Source: an uncultured bacterium (GTDB lineage: Bacteria; Actinomycetota; Acidimicrobiia; Acidimicrobiales; VFJN01). Taken from it: a stretch of 64,000 nt of DNA. The notes beneath the pieces were generated by a model. The model did no database searches. It saw only the letters and a program-made list of their open reading frames with translations, and had not been told where the DNA came from. The stretch lies in the NCBI GenBank assembly GCA_963756425.1, contig CAVWNW010000022.1, forward strand, positions 187,722 to 251,721, in the 5' to 3' direction. This document shows positions 1-11,437 of this stretch, piece after piece (positions within the stretch are counted from its first letter, which is position 1; each line of letters starts with the position of its first letter). Both the position numbers and the translations under genes were made by a program.

Positions 1-1211
1 TGGAGCCCCATGCCGTTGTCGATGGCTGCGATCACGATGCCCCCGAGAACGGCGTGGATGGCCTTGCCTCGGCCGCCGAACAGGCTGGTCCCGCCGATCA
101 CAGCTGCGGCAACGGCGTAGAGCACCAGCGTTCCACCATCGATGTTCGTTGACACCGAGCGCAGGCGTGATGCGTAGATGATGCCGGCCATGCCCGCGGT
201 GAACGATGCCAGCACGAAGCACAGGGTGCGCACCCGCGCCAGCCGGATGCCCGAGCGACGCGCTGCCTCCGCGTTGCCGCCGATGGCGTAGACGTGCCGT
301 CCGAACCTTGTCCGGCCGAGGAGGATTGACCAGGCGGTTGCCACGGCCACGACGATCAGGAGCACCCACGGCATGCCGCGAATCGGCACGAGCACCCCGC
401 GGTTCGCATTGCACACCAGTACCAGCACCACGCCTGCGACGGCGACGCCCGCGATCTTGATGATGGTGAAGCCGACCGGCGGGGCAACCAAGCCCCGCGC
501 GCGCCGGCGTGCGGCCCTGCGCCACGTCGTCAACCCGTACACCGCGACCAGCACGAGCGTCACGATCCAGCTCGCTGCCGGCGTGAGGTTGGCGTTGGCG
601 ACGTCGTTCACGACGTTGTCCTGGATCGGCAGGGTGCCCCCATTGCCGAGGATCGCCAGCATCACGCCTTGCCAACCGAGCAACCCCCCGAGCGTGACCA
701 CGAATGAGGGCAGCCCGAGCCGGGTGATCAGCGTCCCGTGGAGGAGGCCGATGGCAGCGCACGCCAGAAGCGCGGCCAGGATCGCCGCCCACCACGGCCA
801 GCTCCCGTGTTCCGTCGTGAGCAACTCCGCGGCGACGACGCCCGACAGGCCGGCCACGAAGCCGGCGGACAGGTCGATCTCGCCGAGGAGCAGCGCAAAG
901 ACCTCGGCCAGCGCGAGCATCATGAAGACCGCGCCCTGTACCAGCAGGTTCACGATGTTGCCCGAGGTCAGGAACTTCGAGTTCAGCGACTGGAAGATGA
1001 TCGTGATCGCGACCAGGCCGACGATGACTGGAAGCACGCCGCTCTCGCCGGCGCGCAGCCGGGCGACCCAGAGGCGCAGGTAGTCGCGGAACGAGCCCGC
1101 GGCGAGCTCGGGGGACACAGCGACGTCGGCGGCCGATTCGGCCAGCGCGTCCTCGTCCGCGTTGCCGTTCTCGCCTTCCAGGCCTCGGGTCTTCTCGTCG
1201 AGTCGTTCCAT
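1..1211 (-). CDS. Sugar ABC transporter permease (XylH/GguB-like), runs off the left edge
   Basis: Own translation from ATG 1211: MERLDEK...SFRDYLRLWVARLRAGESGVLPVIV..., with GEIDLSAGF and TRFGRHVYAIGGNAEAARRSGI motifs; follows the ATPase gene. Confidence 0.9.
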   Translation of the reverse strand, partial: MERLDEKTRGLEGENGNADEDALAESAADVAVSPELAAGSFRDYLRLWVARLRAGESGVLPVIVGLVAITIIFQSLNSKFLTSGNIVNLLVQGAVFMMLALAEVFALLLGEIDLSAGFVAGLSGVVAAELLTTEHGSWPWWAAILAALLACAAIGLLHGTLITRLGLPSFVVTLGGLLGWQGVMLAILGNGGTLPIQDNVVNDVANANLTPAASWIVTLVLVAVYGLTTWRRAARRRARGLVAPPVGFTIIKIAGVAVAGVVLVLVCNANRGVLVPIRGMPWVLLIVVAVATAWSILLGRTRFGRHVYAIGGNAEAARRSGIRLARVRTLCFVLASFTAGMAGIIYASRLRSVSTNIDGGTLVLYAVAAAVIGGTSLFGGRGKAIHAVLGGIVIAAIDNGMGL

Positions 1212-1238
1212 GGGGAAAGTCCGCTGGTCAGGTGGCGT

Positions 1239-2057
1239 TTACCGGGTGGCGTCGGGGGACGACTGGTCGCGGCCGAACGTCATGTAGGACACGACCGTCT
1301 GCGGGTCGAAGTCACCGACCTTGCCGGTGGCGACCATGCGACCGAGGTGCAGGATTGCGATGCGGTCGGCGACGACGAAGACGTCGTGCAGGTTGTGGGA
1401 GATGAGAAGCACGCCATACCCCCGGTCGGCGAGGGTGCGGACGAGGTCGAGCACCATCTCGGTCTGGGCGACGCCGAGTGCCGCCGTCGGCTCGTCCATG
1501 ATCACCAGCTTCGAGTTCCACAGCACGGCCCTGGCGATCGCGACCGCCTGCCGTTGCCCACCCGAGAGCGAGGCGACCGGCTGGCGGATGGACCGCACGG
1601 TGGTCACCGAGAGGCCCGCGAGCGCCTTGGTGGCCGACGTCTCCATGCTGTCGTCGTCGAGCAGTCCCGCCCTCGTGCGCTCGCGGCCGAGGAACATGTT
1701 CTGGACGATGTCGAGGTTGTCGGCCAGCGCCAGGTCTTGGTACACCGTCTGGATGCCCAGCGCGGCGGCATCGCGGGGCGTGCGGATGTGCACCGGGCGG
1801 CCTTCCCAGAAGATCTGACCGCCGTCGGCCTCGTGAATCCCTGCGATCGTCTTGATCAGCACCGATTTTCCGGCACCGTTGTCACCGGCCAGTGCCGTGA
1901 CCTCCCCAGCCGGCACGTCCAAGTCGACCCGACGCAACGCCAGCACAGGCCCGAAGCGCTTGCTCACGCCGCGCAGCTCGAGCAGTCGACTGCCGGGCGA
2001 AGAGGGGGATTCGCCCGGCAGCGACTCGTCGCGGCTCGCCGTGACAGGGACTGGCAC
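1239..2057 (-). CDS. Sugar ABC transporter ATP-binding protein
   Basis: Walker A GDNGAGKS, signature LSGGQRQ, Walker B VIMDEPTAALG; GTG at 2057 just after the binding-protein stop. Confidence 0.93.
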   Translation of the reverse strand: MPVPVTASRDESLPGESPSSPGSRLLELRGVSKRFGPVLALRRVDLDVPAGEVTALAGDNGAGKSVLIKTIAGIHEADGGQIFWEGRPVHIRTPRDAAALGIQTVYQDLALADNLDIVQNMFLGRERTRAGLLDDDSMETSATKALAGLSVTTVRSIRQPVASLSGGQRQAVAIARAVLWNSKLVIMDEPTAALGVAQTEMVLDLVRTLADRGYGVLLISHNLHDVFVVADRIAILHLGRMVATGKVGDFDPQTVVSYMTFGRDQSSPDATR

Positions 2058-2059
2058 GG

Positions 2060-3265
2060 CTACGAGCCGATCCCCGCCGACTTGCACGCGGACGCCAGGG
2101 ATCCGGCGCAGAGATCCGCCGTGTTCACGAAGTGGTCCTTGACCACCGTGTCCTTCATGTTGGCGACGGTGACCGACACGGGCGTCAGGAGCACCGACGG
2201 GACATCGGTCTGCTGGTTGTTCGTCGTGCCGTTCACGAGGGACTTCGGCGGGGTCTCACCGGCACGGACGAACAGCGCGACCGCCGCTGCGGCCTGCGCC
2301 TCGGTGTAGATCGGCTTGTACACCGACATGCACTGGAAGCCGGCGAGGACGTTCTGCAGCCCGATCAGCGTGGCGTCCTGGCCCGTCGTGGGGATCGTCT
2401 TGGCCGGGATCTTGTCGGTCTTCAGGACGGAGATCACCGAGTTCGCCAGTGTGTCGTTGGCCGTGACCACTGCGTTGATGTTCGGGTGCGCAGTGAACTG
2501 CTGCTCGAAGTTCGTCAGTGCCTTCTGGCTGTCCCACGTGCCGCCCGGCTCGCCGACCTTCACGTAGGCACCATCGTCGAACTCCGACTTCAAGACCGAG
2601 TTGTAGCCCTGCGCGAACAGCGTTGCGTTGTTGTCGGTCGGATCGCCGTCCATCTCGAGGACCTGTGGCTTCTGCACGTTCCACGCCTTCACGCAGTCGA
2701 CCATCCCTTGCCCGATCTTCTTGCCAACCTCAACGTTGTCGAAGCTGACGTAGAAGCGCGAAGACCCGTTCAACGTGAGCCGGTCGTAGTCGATCGTCGC
2801 CACGCCCTTGGACTGCGCGTCCCTTTCGATGGCCGCGCCGCTCCCCGAATCGAGGGCGTCGACCACCAGGACGCTCGCGCCATTGGTGATCGCAGCGTCC
2901 GCCTGCGTCTGCATCGTGCTGGTACTGCCCTGGGCGTTTTGGACGCTGAAGTCGTTCTTGCTCAGCCCGGCGGCTTCGAATGCTTGAGTCAGGAACGGAG
3001 CGTCGTACGAGACGTAGCGCGCCGACGACTGTGTGTCGGGCAGGAGCACCGCAATCTTGCCCTTGCCTTGACTGGCGACGTCCTTGAGCTTCGCCATCGT
3101 GGAGAAGTCGCTCGTGAAATCGGCCGGCGAGATGGAGCTTGCACTCCCGCTGCCGCTCGCATTCGAGGACGAGCTGCCGCGGCCCCCGTTGCCGCACGAG
3201 GCCGCGCCCAACGTCAAGAGGGTCGCGGTCCCGACCGCTGCCATTTGCTTCATGGTTGGGCGCAT
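2060..3265 (-). CDS. Sugar ABC substrate-binding lipoprotein (XylF/ChvE-like)
   Basis: Lipobox-like AASC, Ser/Gly linker, LLPDTQSSARY, IDYDRL, YVSFDN, TGQDA; RBS AGGAG before ATG 3265. Confidence 0.9.
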   Translation of the reverse strand: MRPTMKQMAAVGTATLLTLGAASCGNGGRGSSSSNASGSGSASSISPADFTSDFSTMAKLKDVASQGKGKIAVLLPDTQSSARYVSYDAPFLTQAFEAAGLSKNDFSVQNAQGSTSTMQTQADAAITNGASVLVVDALDSGSGAAIERDAQSKGVATIDYDRLTLNGSSRFYVSFDNVEVGKKIGQGMVDCVKAWNVQKPQVLEMDGDPTDNNATLFAQGYNSVLKSEFDDGAYVKVGEPGGTWDSQKALTNFEQQFTAHPNINAVVTANDTLANSVISVLKTDKIPAKTIPTTGQDATLIGLQNVLAGFQCMSVYKPIYTEAQAAAAVALFVRAGETPPKSLVNGTTNNQQTDVPSVLLTPVSVTVANMKDTVVKDHFVNTADLCAGSLASACKSAGIGS

Positions 3266-3348
3266 GTGATCTCCTATGTCTTGAACGTGTCCGAGCAGCC
3301 GGGATCGCCGCCATTGCTTGGTGATTCCCGTCGCCCGGACATTGCGCA

Positions 3349-3519
3349 CTATGCGGCGTTCTGCGATTCAGGCCGGACGAGGAGACGGCCGTGCTGGTCG
3401 ATGACGACGACGACCTGTGCAACGTCGTCGATCAGCAACACCGATCGATCGGCGGTGCGTGCCGCTTGGGCTGCGTCGGCGAGCATCCCGATGGTGAGAC
3501 CGAAGACATGCACGCCCAT
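3349..3519 (-). CDS. Small 56-aa hypothetical protein upstream of the sugar ABC operon
   Basis: MGVHVFGLTIGMLADAAQAARTADRSVLLIDDVAQVVVVIDQHGRLLVRPESQNAA with GAGGAG 9 nt upstream; high-GC3 codons. Confidence 0.5.
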   Translation of the reverse strand: MGVHVFGLTIGMLADAAQAARTADRSVLLIDDVAQVVVVIDQHGRLLVRPESQNAA

Positions 3520-3713
3520 GGAACCGCTCTCCTCGATTGGTTTCCTGCGTTCGTAACGCCTTATCGAACGATCGCGCCGCGGTGCGTGTCGTGTCTTCGA
3601 AGGCACCCACCATCTCGGGCCCAAGCCACCCGGTGCGACGATGTTCCGGCTAGCTTCAATGCGCTCGGTCACTCGTCGACGTGATCCTGAGGGATGCGAC
3701 CGGCGTACCCGGA

Positions 3714-6700
3714 TCATCGTGTTGCGCGCGCTTTCTTTGGAGGCAGAGAACACCCCTGGCCGTGTGACCCACGGCCACCTAATGCGGCCCAAGCCAGGTG
3801 CAGAAAGGGGGTGAGCTGAGCCGGCCTATCGGTGGCCGCGAACGAGGCAGCGATGCTGGTCCGGCCCGCAGCGAACACGCCCCGCATTCCGACCTCGGAA
3901 CCAGAGGCCTCACCTCGTGCGGCGAGTGCCTCGGCCAGTTGGCGGCGGGAGTCAATGCCGAGCTTGTCGAAGACCTTGCGCAGGTGATACTCGACGGTGC
4001 GTGCGCTGATGAAGAGCTCCGCGCCGATCTGCGCGTTGGACCGACCGTCTTGGGCCAGGACGGCCACCTGCGTTTCGCGCGGTGTGAGCGCGTTGGCTTC
4101 GTCGACGGTCCGACGGCGCGCCCGGGCGCCGGTTGCGAGGAGTTCGTCGGCGGCCCGGTGGGCGAACGCAGCGGCGCCCATCCCCGAGAAGAGCTGGTGG
4201 GCGGTGCGGAGCTCAGGGCGCGCATCGAGTCGCCGTCTCCTCCTTCGCAGCCATTCCCCATAGAGGAGGTGTGCGCGGGCGAGATCGGGCACGGCCCGGC
4301 AACGGCCGAGCCGCTCAATGGCCGTGCGGTACTGCTTGTCCGCGTCGTCACCGTCGCTGATGACCGCCCGTGCCCGTGCTTGGATCCCCAGGGCCCACTC
4401 GGTGGCAGCCGCCCGTGTCCGCGCTGCGAGGCTCTCGTACCCGACCACCGCGTCATCGAGCTCACCGGCGCGGGCCGCCGCATCGACGAGCTCGGCAAGG
4501 ACCCACGGCGAGCCGACGTCGTCGTGCTCGCCAGCGCGGCGGGCGGCGGCGAGGGCGTCGTGGTAGTGGCCGAGGCCGTTGTGGAGCACTGCCGCTGCGG
4601 CACAGGCGCTGTGCGGGAGCTGGTGACCGTCGGAGGGGATCGCGGCTCCCGCACGGCTCGCCTGCACGAGCTCCGCGAACTCGGCCTCCGCGCCACGCCA
4701 GGCGGCGAGCATCAGCGACCCGGATGCGGCTCGGACCTGCCCGGTCAAGCCCGAGACCCTGTCGGCCTCGTCGACCAGACCGGCCGCGGCATCGAGGTCA
4801 CCGGCATGGACGTGCACGATGGCGAGGTGATCGAGTGCGAGGGACAGCTCCGTGAGCGCGCCGGCCTCGCGGGCAAGTCGGACGCGGCGGGACGAGAGCT
4901 CGAGCGCGGCATGGTCGTCCGCCACGACCGCCGCAGCGCGCGACGCCAGCCCCAGCCAGCGGGGGGTGCCGGCCCGCAACGCCGCTTCCACCGCCCGCCG
5001 CAGCGTCCCCATCGCCGCCACGTGCCCCTCGGTGAACAGCCGGACCCAGCCGTCCAACAGCAGCTTGCCTACGGAGGGATGCCGTCCCGGGACCAGGGCG
5101 CTAGCGCGGGCGGCCGCCGCGGCGACGACGCTGGCGGTGCCTGGTCGGTCTGACGCGATGGTCAGCTCCAGCGCCTCGAGGTAGGTGCCGTGGGCATGCC
5201 GGGGGTCGCCGGATCCGAGCGCCCACACGGCGTCGAGCAGGAGCTCGGACGGATCACCGTGCCCGGATCGTGCGAACGCGAGCCGTGCCCTCAGCAGCGC
5301 GAGCCGAGCCAACCCGATCCCGTCGAGCGGCCCCTCTCCAGCCAGCGTCAGAAGCTCGGAGGCCTCCACCAACGAGCCCGCGTCGAGCTTTGCACCTGCT
5401 GCCGCCAGGGCGTGCCGCGCCCGCTGTGACCCATCCGCCGTCAGACGCGCCGCATGTGCGAGGAGGGCGGCCGACGCGGCCACTCCACCCCGGGCGCTCA
5501 CGCGCCCGGCCGAGCGCTCCAGGTTGCTGGCAACGGCGTCGTCGGGCACCAACGTGGCGAGTGCACGATGCCACGTCGAACGATCGGGATCGGCCTCTGG
5601 GTCGCATGCATCAGCGAGCGCCTCGTGCACCCGTCGGCGCTCGTCGAGGGAAGCGTCGTGATAGACGACGGAGCGCATCCGCGGGTCGCTGAACGTCACA
5701 TGCGATCCCACGCGGACCAGGCCGAGTGGCGCCGTGTCGTACACATCGACGGGATCGATTCCCAAGGCTGCGGCCGCCCGCCGAAGCCGTGCCCAATCGC
5801 CCTCGGGCTCCGCGGCCGCGACCAGCATGAAACGCCACGTCCGCCCCGGAACGGCCGCCAACAGTTCCCGCACGCGCCGACTGGTCGAGTCGGTCGGTGG
5901 CGGTGCCGTGGGGAGACCGAATCCCCCAGCGAGCTGCTCGGCCATGAGCCCGGTCGCCGCGATCAGGTCGCGGGGGTTGCCGCGGGACTCCGCCACGATG
6001 CGGTCACGCACCGGCGTGTCCAACGGGCCCGGCGCCACCGATGCGAGCAGCGTGCGCGCCTCGGCCTCGGTGAGCGGAGGCAGCACCAGCTCTGGCAGCC
6101 CGGCCAGGTCCTCCACCGGCTCCGTCACGGTGAACACCATGGCGACCTGCAGTGACCGCAGCCGACGGGCCACCAGGGCGAGGATCCGACGTGAAGGCTC
6201 ATCGAGCCGATCCATGTCGTCGACAGCGCACAGCAGCGGCCGGTCCGTGCTCACGTGGGCGAACAGACTTAGAACCGCCAAGCCGATGAACAACCTGTCG
6301 ACCTGACCGGCTGGATGAAGGCCGAAGGCCGCCCCGAGTGCCTGGCGCTGCGGAAGGGGAATCCGGTCCAGACGATCCAGCATCGGCGCGCAGAGCCGAT
6401 GCAACCCCGCGTACGCCAGGTCCCGCTCCGACTCCACACCTGCGACGCGCAGCACACAGAACTCAGGCGCCGACCTGACCGCGTGCTCGAGCAGCGTCGT
6501 CTTCCCCGACCCGCGGACCCCTGCATCACGACCGCCCGGCCGTCCCCACCCGCAACCACGCCCAGAAGCCGCACGAGCCGGGCATGCTCGTCCGCGAGAC
6601 CGACAACAGTCTTCGACCGGTGGAGGGTGGGCTCACAGCCATCGTCGTGCCGGGGGCGAAGACACCGCTGCGTGCTCGACTCACCCGGCTCGATGGCCAT
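3714..6700 (-). CDS. LAL-type regulator (AAA ATPase + C-terminal LuxR HTH), one frameshift near 6511
   Basis: C-terminal LTPRETQVAVLAQDGRSNAQIGAELFISARTVEYHLRKVF; Walker A GSAGSGKTTLL is restored by adding one G to a G-run near 6511. Confidence 0.85.
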
Positions 6701-6977
6701 GGGCCGGACGATCGCATAACGGAACGCACGTGTCGTCGCAGGCAGCACCTACTCCGTACCCCTGCCACCGTCAGGCGTCGCGTACCGGGTGGCCCCCAGC
6801 TACGGGTAGGTCCTCTCGCCAGCCGGAGACCAGATCACCAAGGCCGCGTCGGGCAGCTCGGGTGGCAGCGATGGCTACTAGCGTGCGCCCGGCGACATCG
6901 TCGGCCAGTGCGTTGCGCACCGTAGCGATCATCGGCCAGATTCGCCGTCCCGCGGGTCATCGGCTTTACTGCGGCTG

Positions 6978-8372
6978 GTGGCGAGACGAGGGCTGGCTGC
7001 CCGGATGATCGTCGCGAGCGGACTGCTCGCGTTGATCGTGGGAGGCGCCTTCCTAGTGATGCTCCGCGCCGTAGACAGGGAGCGGGACGCCCTGGAGCTG
7101 TCCCGGCACTCTGAAAGCGTGCTGGTGGCGGCGAGACGGCTCGAGCAACTGGTCATCGACCTGGAGACCGGCGAGCGGGGCTTCCTGCTGACCGACTCCG
7201 AGCGGTTCCTCCAGCCGTGGACAACCGCACAGGCTGCGCTCCCCAACGCGATCAGGGACCTGGAGCGGCTCGCCCGTGTACCAAGTCAGAACGAGCGGGC
7301 GGAGGCCCTTGGCACTGCCATCACCTCCTACCTGGAGGACTACTCGATCCCGGTCGTGGAGGCGGCACGGCGCGGTGACCCCGCCGCGACGAGCGTGGCC
7401 ACGGCCGACGAGGGGAGGAGGCGCGTCGACGAGGTGCGTGCCCAGTTCGACGACCTCCGGACGGCGGAGCGTGAGCTGGCCGCGGAACGGCAGGACAGCG
7501 CCGACGCCGCCACCGACCGAGCCGTCGCCCTGGCTGTGGGGGGGCTCGTGGGATCGATCGTGCTCATCCTGTTCGTGGGCGTCTACCTGTCACGGGCGAT
7601 CGTTCTGCCGGTGCGGCGGGCGGCGGCAATGGCCGGCCGCCTGGCCGGCGGCGACCTGGCGGTGCGCATGCCCGAGACCGGGGTGGGTGAGATCGGGACC
7701 CTGGAGCGGTCGTTCAACGCCATGGCCAGCTCATTGGAGGTAGGCCGCGCCGAGCTCACCGCCTCCCGAGCCCGCGTGGTCGCCGCTGGCGACGAGGCGC
7801 GCCAGCGCATCGAGCGGGACCTCCACGACGGCACGCAGCAGCGCCTGGTCTCGCTCGGGCTCGAGCTGCGGGCAGCGGATGCCATCGTGCCGGCAGAGTC
7901 CGACGAGCTGCGCGCCCAACTGGCACGCACGGCCGATGGACTGGCGGCGGCGCTGGAGGACCTCCAAGAGGTCTCACGCGGCATCCACCCGGCGATCCTC
8001 AACAAGGGTGGCCTCGGGCCGGCGCTCAAAGCGCTGGCCCGACGCTCGGCAATGCCGGTGGAGCTCGACATTCGGGGTGACAGGCGGCTGCCGGAGCAGG
8101 TCGAGGTGGCCGTGTACTACGTCGTGTCCGAGGCGATCACGAACGCGGCCAAGCACGCCGACGCGTCGCTGGTGCGCGTCGACCTCGAGGTGCAGGACTG
8201 GGTCCTCCGCCTGGCGGTGCAGGACGATGGGGCCGGCGGCGCCGACCCCGTCCATGGATCGGGGCTCGTCGGACTGCGTGACCGCGTGGAGGCGATCGGC
8301 GGGGACCTGGAGCTCACGAGCCCGCCCGGCGAGGGGACCTCGCTGCACGCGACCATCCCCGTCCCGGACTGA
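6978..8372 (+). CDS. Sensor histidine kinase (CHASE3-HAMP-HisKA_3-HATPase)
   Basis: DLETGERGFLLT (CHASE3), two TM helices, HAMP, ERDLHDGTQQRL, EAITNAAKHA, DDGAGG, GSGLVGLRDR. Confidence 0.93.
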   Translation: MARRGLAARMIVASGLLALIVGGAFLVMLRAVDRERDALELSRHSESVLVAARRLEQLVIDLETGERGFLLTDSERFLQPWTTAQAALPNAIRDLERLARVPSQNERAEALGTAITSYLEDYSIPVVEAARRGDPAATSVATADEGRRRVDEVRAQFDDLRTAERELAAERQDSADAATDRAVALAVGGLVGSIVLILFVGVYLSRAIVLPVRRAAAMAGRLAGGDLAVRMPETGVGEIGTLERSFNAMASSLEVGRAELTASRARVVAAGDEARQRIERDLHDGTQQRLVSLGLELRAADAIVPAESDELRAQLARTADGLAAALEDLQEVSRGIHPAILNKGGLGPALKALARRSAMPVELDIRGDRRLPEQVEVAVYYVVSEAITNAAKHADASLVRVDLEVQDWVLRLAVQDDGAGGADPVHGSGLVGLRDRVEAIGGDLELTSPPGEGTSLHATIPVPD

Positions 8373-8416
8373 CCCGAACGGCCCGCCCGCTCGCGTGGTG
8401 GTGTCTGGCGGTCTGG

Positions 8417-10496
8417 CTATCTGTCCTGTCGGCGCCACGCGGCCCGCGCGGCCAGGAGCGAGCCCCCGACCAACCCTCGGTCGCAGCGGAGCGCTCGCCA
8501 CAGGGTTCGCAACCGAACGGCCGGCCTGGTGCCGGCAGCCACGGAGAAGCGACGCTGCTCGAGGACCCACGCGACGCGTGCGGTCTCGGGCCCGCAGGAC
8601 CGCAACAGCGCGTCGCTGAGGTCTGCATAGGTCGCCCCGCGCGCCAGGGGTGTGCCGCCACCCGCGAGGGCCCGCAGCAGCACCGTCGCCCGCTCGTCGG
8701 GGTGCCGCCGCCCGCGCTTTCGGACCCGGATCCCCGCCGAGGCGAACGGTACGGCGAGCAGCAGGGCGCCGGCCGCGGCCCACCACACGGCGCCGGTCGA
8801 CGCCGTGGATGCGGTGCGACAGCCTGCCGACGAGCACCCGGCCGCTGTTGTGGCGCGTACCTGTGATCGCGCCGCAATCTCGGTCCTGCCCCCCAGCGTG
8901 TCGGTCGTCGGCGGCGCGGACGCCGGTCCGCTGCCGGGCGTCGGGTCCACCGCGACCCAGCCGATCCCTTCGAAGTAGACCTCGACCCAGGAGTGGGCAT
9001 CCACGTCGCGGACCTGCCAAGCGTGGTGGTTGGCGTCGTACCGCCCGGGGGCGAATCCGGTGACCACACGTGCCGGGACACCCGAGAGGCGCAGCAGCAG
9101 CGCGGCGGCTCCTGAGAAGTGCTGGCAGTAGCCGGTATGGCGCCCGAAGAGGAAGCTGTCGAGCGGCCTCGGGCCGTCCCGCACGTTTGTCTCGTACCGA
9201 TATCGCTGCTTCAGGAACCGCTCCACGCGGGCGACGACTTCCAATTCGCTGCGAGCGCCGGTCGAGAGCCGCTGCGCCAGGGCGAGCGTCCGCCGGTAGG
9301 GGGAGCGCGCCAGCGAAGCATCGACCAGTGGTGCGTCACGCGAGCCGAACAGCGGGACCTGGACCGGCCGGCTCGCGACCGGCACCGTCGTGTACCTGCT
9401 CAGCGCCGTGTTCCTGGGCGGCGGGGCCGCGGCCAACGTCGCGCGGGAGGCCCGGACCACCGCGGGCTCGAACGCGATAGTGGGCTCCCGGGCCGGGCGA
9501 CGAATGAAGCACGACGTAGTCACCGTCCAGGCGAGAGGTGGACCCGCTGGTGGCGACGCCCACCACTTCCCCCGGGCTGACGATGCCACGACTGCGCAGC
9601 GCCCTCACGTCGACGTCGATCTCCTGGGTCCGGGCGCTGTGCTGCGGCAGGCGCGTCTCGCGCTGCGGTGACACCGTCCAGCCACGCCCGTCGAACCGAG
9701 ACAGCACTCGTACTCGCCAGTACGCGGGTTGCCGAGCTCGCACGCGCAACATCGTCGTGCCGTCCCGCTCGCCGGTGAGCGGTCCATACGACTGGGCGGG
9801 ATCGAACGTCCGGACCTCGCTGCTCGCGGCGTCGGCCGAATCGAACCACGCGTGACGCGGCCCGGCGGTGCCCACGACGGCCATGGCCACGACGGCTGCC
9901 GCCGCGGCGATGGCCGCGCCGGGCCCTCGGCCCACGCGGCGGGGGCGGAACCAGGCGAGCGCCAACAAGACCGCGGCCGTCCCCAGCCAGGCCTGGTCGC
10001 TGGACTTGCGCGCCACCACAGAGAGCGCAACTGGTGCGATCAGGCACAGGACCGCGATCGTGCGGGCGGCCGCCGCTGTTTGCCGACGCGCCGCGACCGC
10101 CGCGGCTAGCCAGGCCATGGCGACGATCACAGTGGCCACCGCCCTGGGCCAAGCCGGAATTGCATCGGGCTGGACGCGGGCAGTGAAGAGATGCCGGAAG
10201 CCGCTCGCGACCCCGACGTCGAGCTCGGGCCAGTGCCAAGGCGCAACCAGCGCCGGCGACAGGCCGGCCACCAGCCATGCGACGGCGCCGCATGCGGCGG
10301 CGGTGATCAGCGCCACTGACGTGGACCTGGCCGACGCGACGATCAAGACCAACGCCGCGATGGGAACCAGTCGCAGTGCCCCGCCGAGGCCCGCCGTGGG
10401 AACCCAGGCAACGACGCCGAGGATGACAAAGGCCCCGAAGGTCCACGGCGCCGTCGAGGACCGGCGTATCCGTCGGCCCTGGACCCCGACGGTCAC
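8417..10496 (-). CDS. Membrane transglutaminase-like protein, frameshift near 9461
   Basis: N-terminal TM helices in ORF 9336-10496; catalytic GYCQHF...AHSWVEVYFEGIGWVAVDPTP in ORF 8417-9589. Confidence 0.87.
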
Positions 10497-11437
10497 CGGC
10501 CGTCGCGCCCGACCCGGTCCGCGGCGCGAACGGGAGCACTTGCGCGCCTGTGGTCACGTGCCCGGATCGACACGACCCGGCGCGCGTCGTCGATCCCGGG
10601 CACGCTCGGACGGGCGCCCGGCTCCAACAGCGCCAGGCGGCGATGGAGCTCTCGCCAGCCGCGCAGATCACCAGCGACGTAGGAGGGCAGCCGGTCCCCG
10701 GGAAGCAGGACCCGGCAGCCGGCGCTGGTGGCATACCGCTTCACAACCGCGGCGGCCGTCCGGGCGACCCAGTCGACCGCCTCCCGGTCGACGACGCCGT
10801 GCGTATCGACGACGACGATCGGGGTGTCGGTGGGCGATTGGGTGACGTCGCGCTGCATGAGCTCGCCGCCGCGGGCCAGCGAGGCCCAGTGGATCCGGCT
10901 GAGCCGCGTGCCCGGCACGTACGGGCGCAACGCCCCTGGCTCAACGTCGCCGCCCGCACCGTGCGCCGGCAACGGGCGGGCGGCCCACGCATCGGCGCTC
11001 GGGCGGGGGAGCACCAGGATGGGCACCGGAGGGCCCACCGACGCACGTAGCTCGGCGAGCCCGAGCGGATCAGTCACGCGTACGCGGACGGGCGGCAGTT
11101 CCTGGGGTCCCCGCCGTCCGACGTGCACGTCGATCCGGATCCCGTCCTCCCCCGGGGAGCGCCACTCGGTCCCCACCAGGGCCTCGACGCGCAACGGCCA
11201 CCAGCGAGGGTGCCGGACCGATAAGTAGACACCGAGGGCTCCGTCCTCCTCGACCTCCCGCGCCGGCACGCGTCGCGAGATGCTGACCGACCGCGCGCCG
11301 ATGAGCACAGACGCCACAGCGGCGATCGTCACGAAGCCGAGCACACAACCGGCAGCGAACAGCGTCAGCGATGGCAACGCCGCTCCTGTCAGCGCGAACG
11401 CGCCGGCGACCAGGATCAGGATCGCCGGGCGCGTCAC
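10493..11437 (-). CDS. DUF58 domain protein
   Basis: DPLGL, LRPYVPGTRLSRIHWASLAR; GTGA overlaps with moxR and the transglutaminase gene. Confidence 0.88.
   Translation of the reverse strand: MTRPAILILVAGAFALTGAALPSLTLFAAGCVLGFVTIAAVASVLIGARSVSISRRVPAREVEEDGALGVYLSVRHPRWWPLRVEALVGTEWRSPGEDGIRIDVHVGRRGPQELPPVRVRVTDPLGLAELRASVGPPVPILVLPRPSADAWAARPLPAHGAGGDVEPGALRPYVPGTRLSRIHWASLARGGELMQRDVTQSPTDTPIVVVDTHGVVDREAVDWVARTAAAVVKRYATSAGCRVLLPGDRLPSYVAGDLRGWRELHRRLALLEPGARPSVPGIDDARRVVSIRARDHRRASAPVRAADRVGRDGR

Noticed and set aside
738-2309. 523-aa plus-strand ORF, and similar long ORFs such as 2132-3556, 39861-41864 and 31441-32358
   Set aside because: Antisense shadows of well-supported minus-strand genes, expected at high GC; no family motifs
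3391-3684. 97-aa plus-strand Cys-containing ORF with an apparent RBS
   Set aside because: Overlaps the minus-strand 56-aa ORF, which has better codon usage and operon orientation
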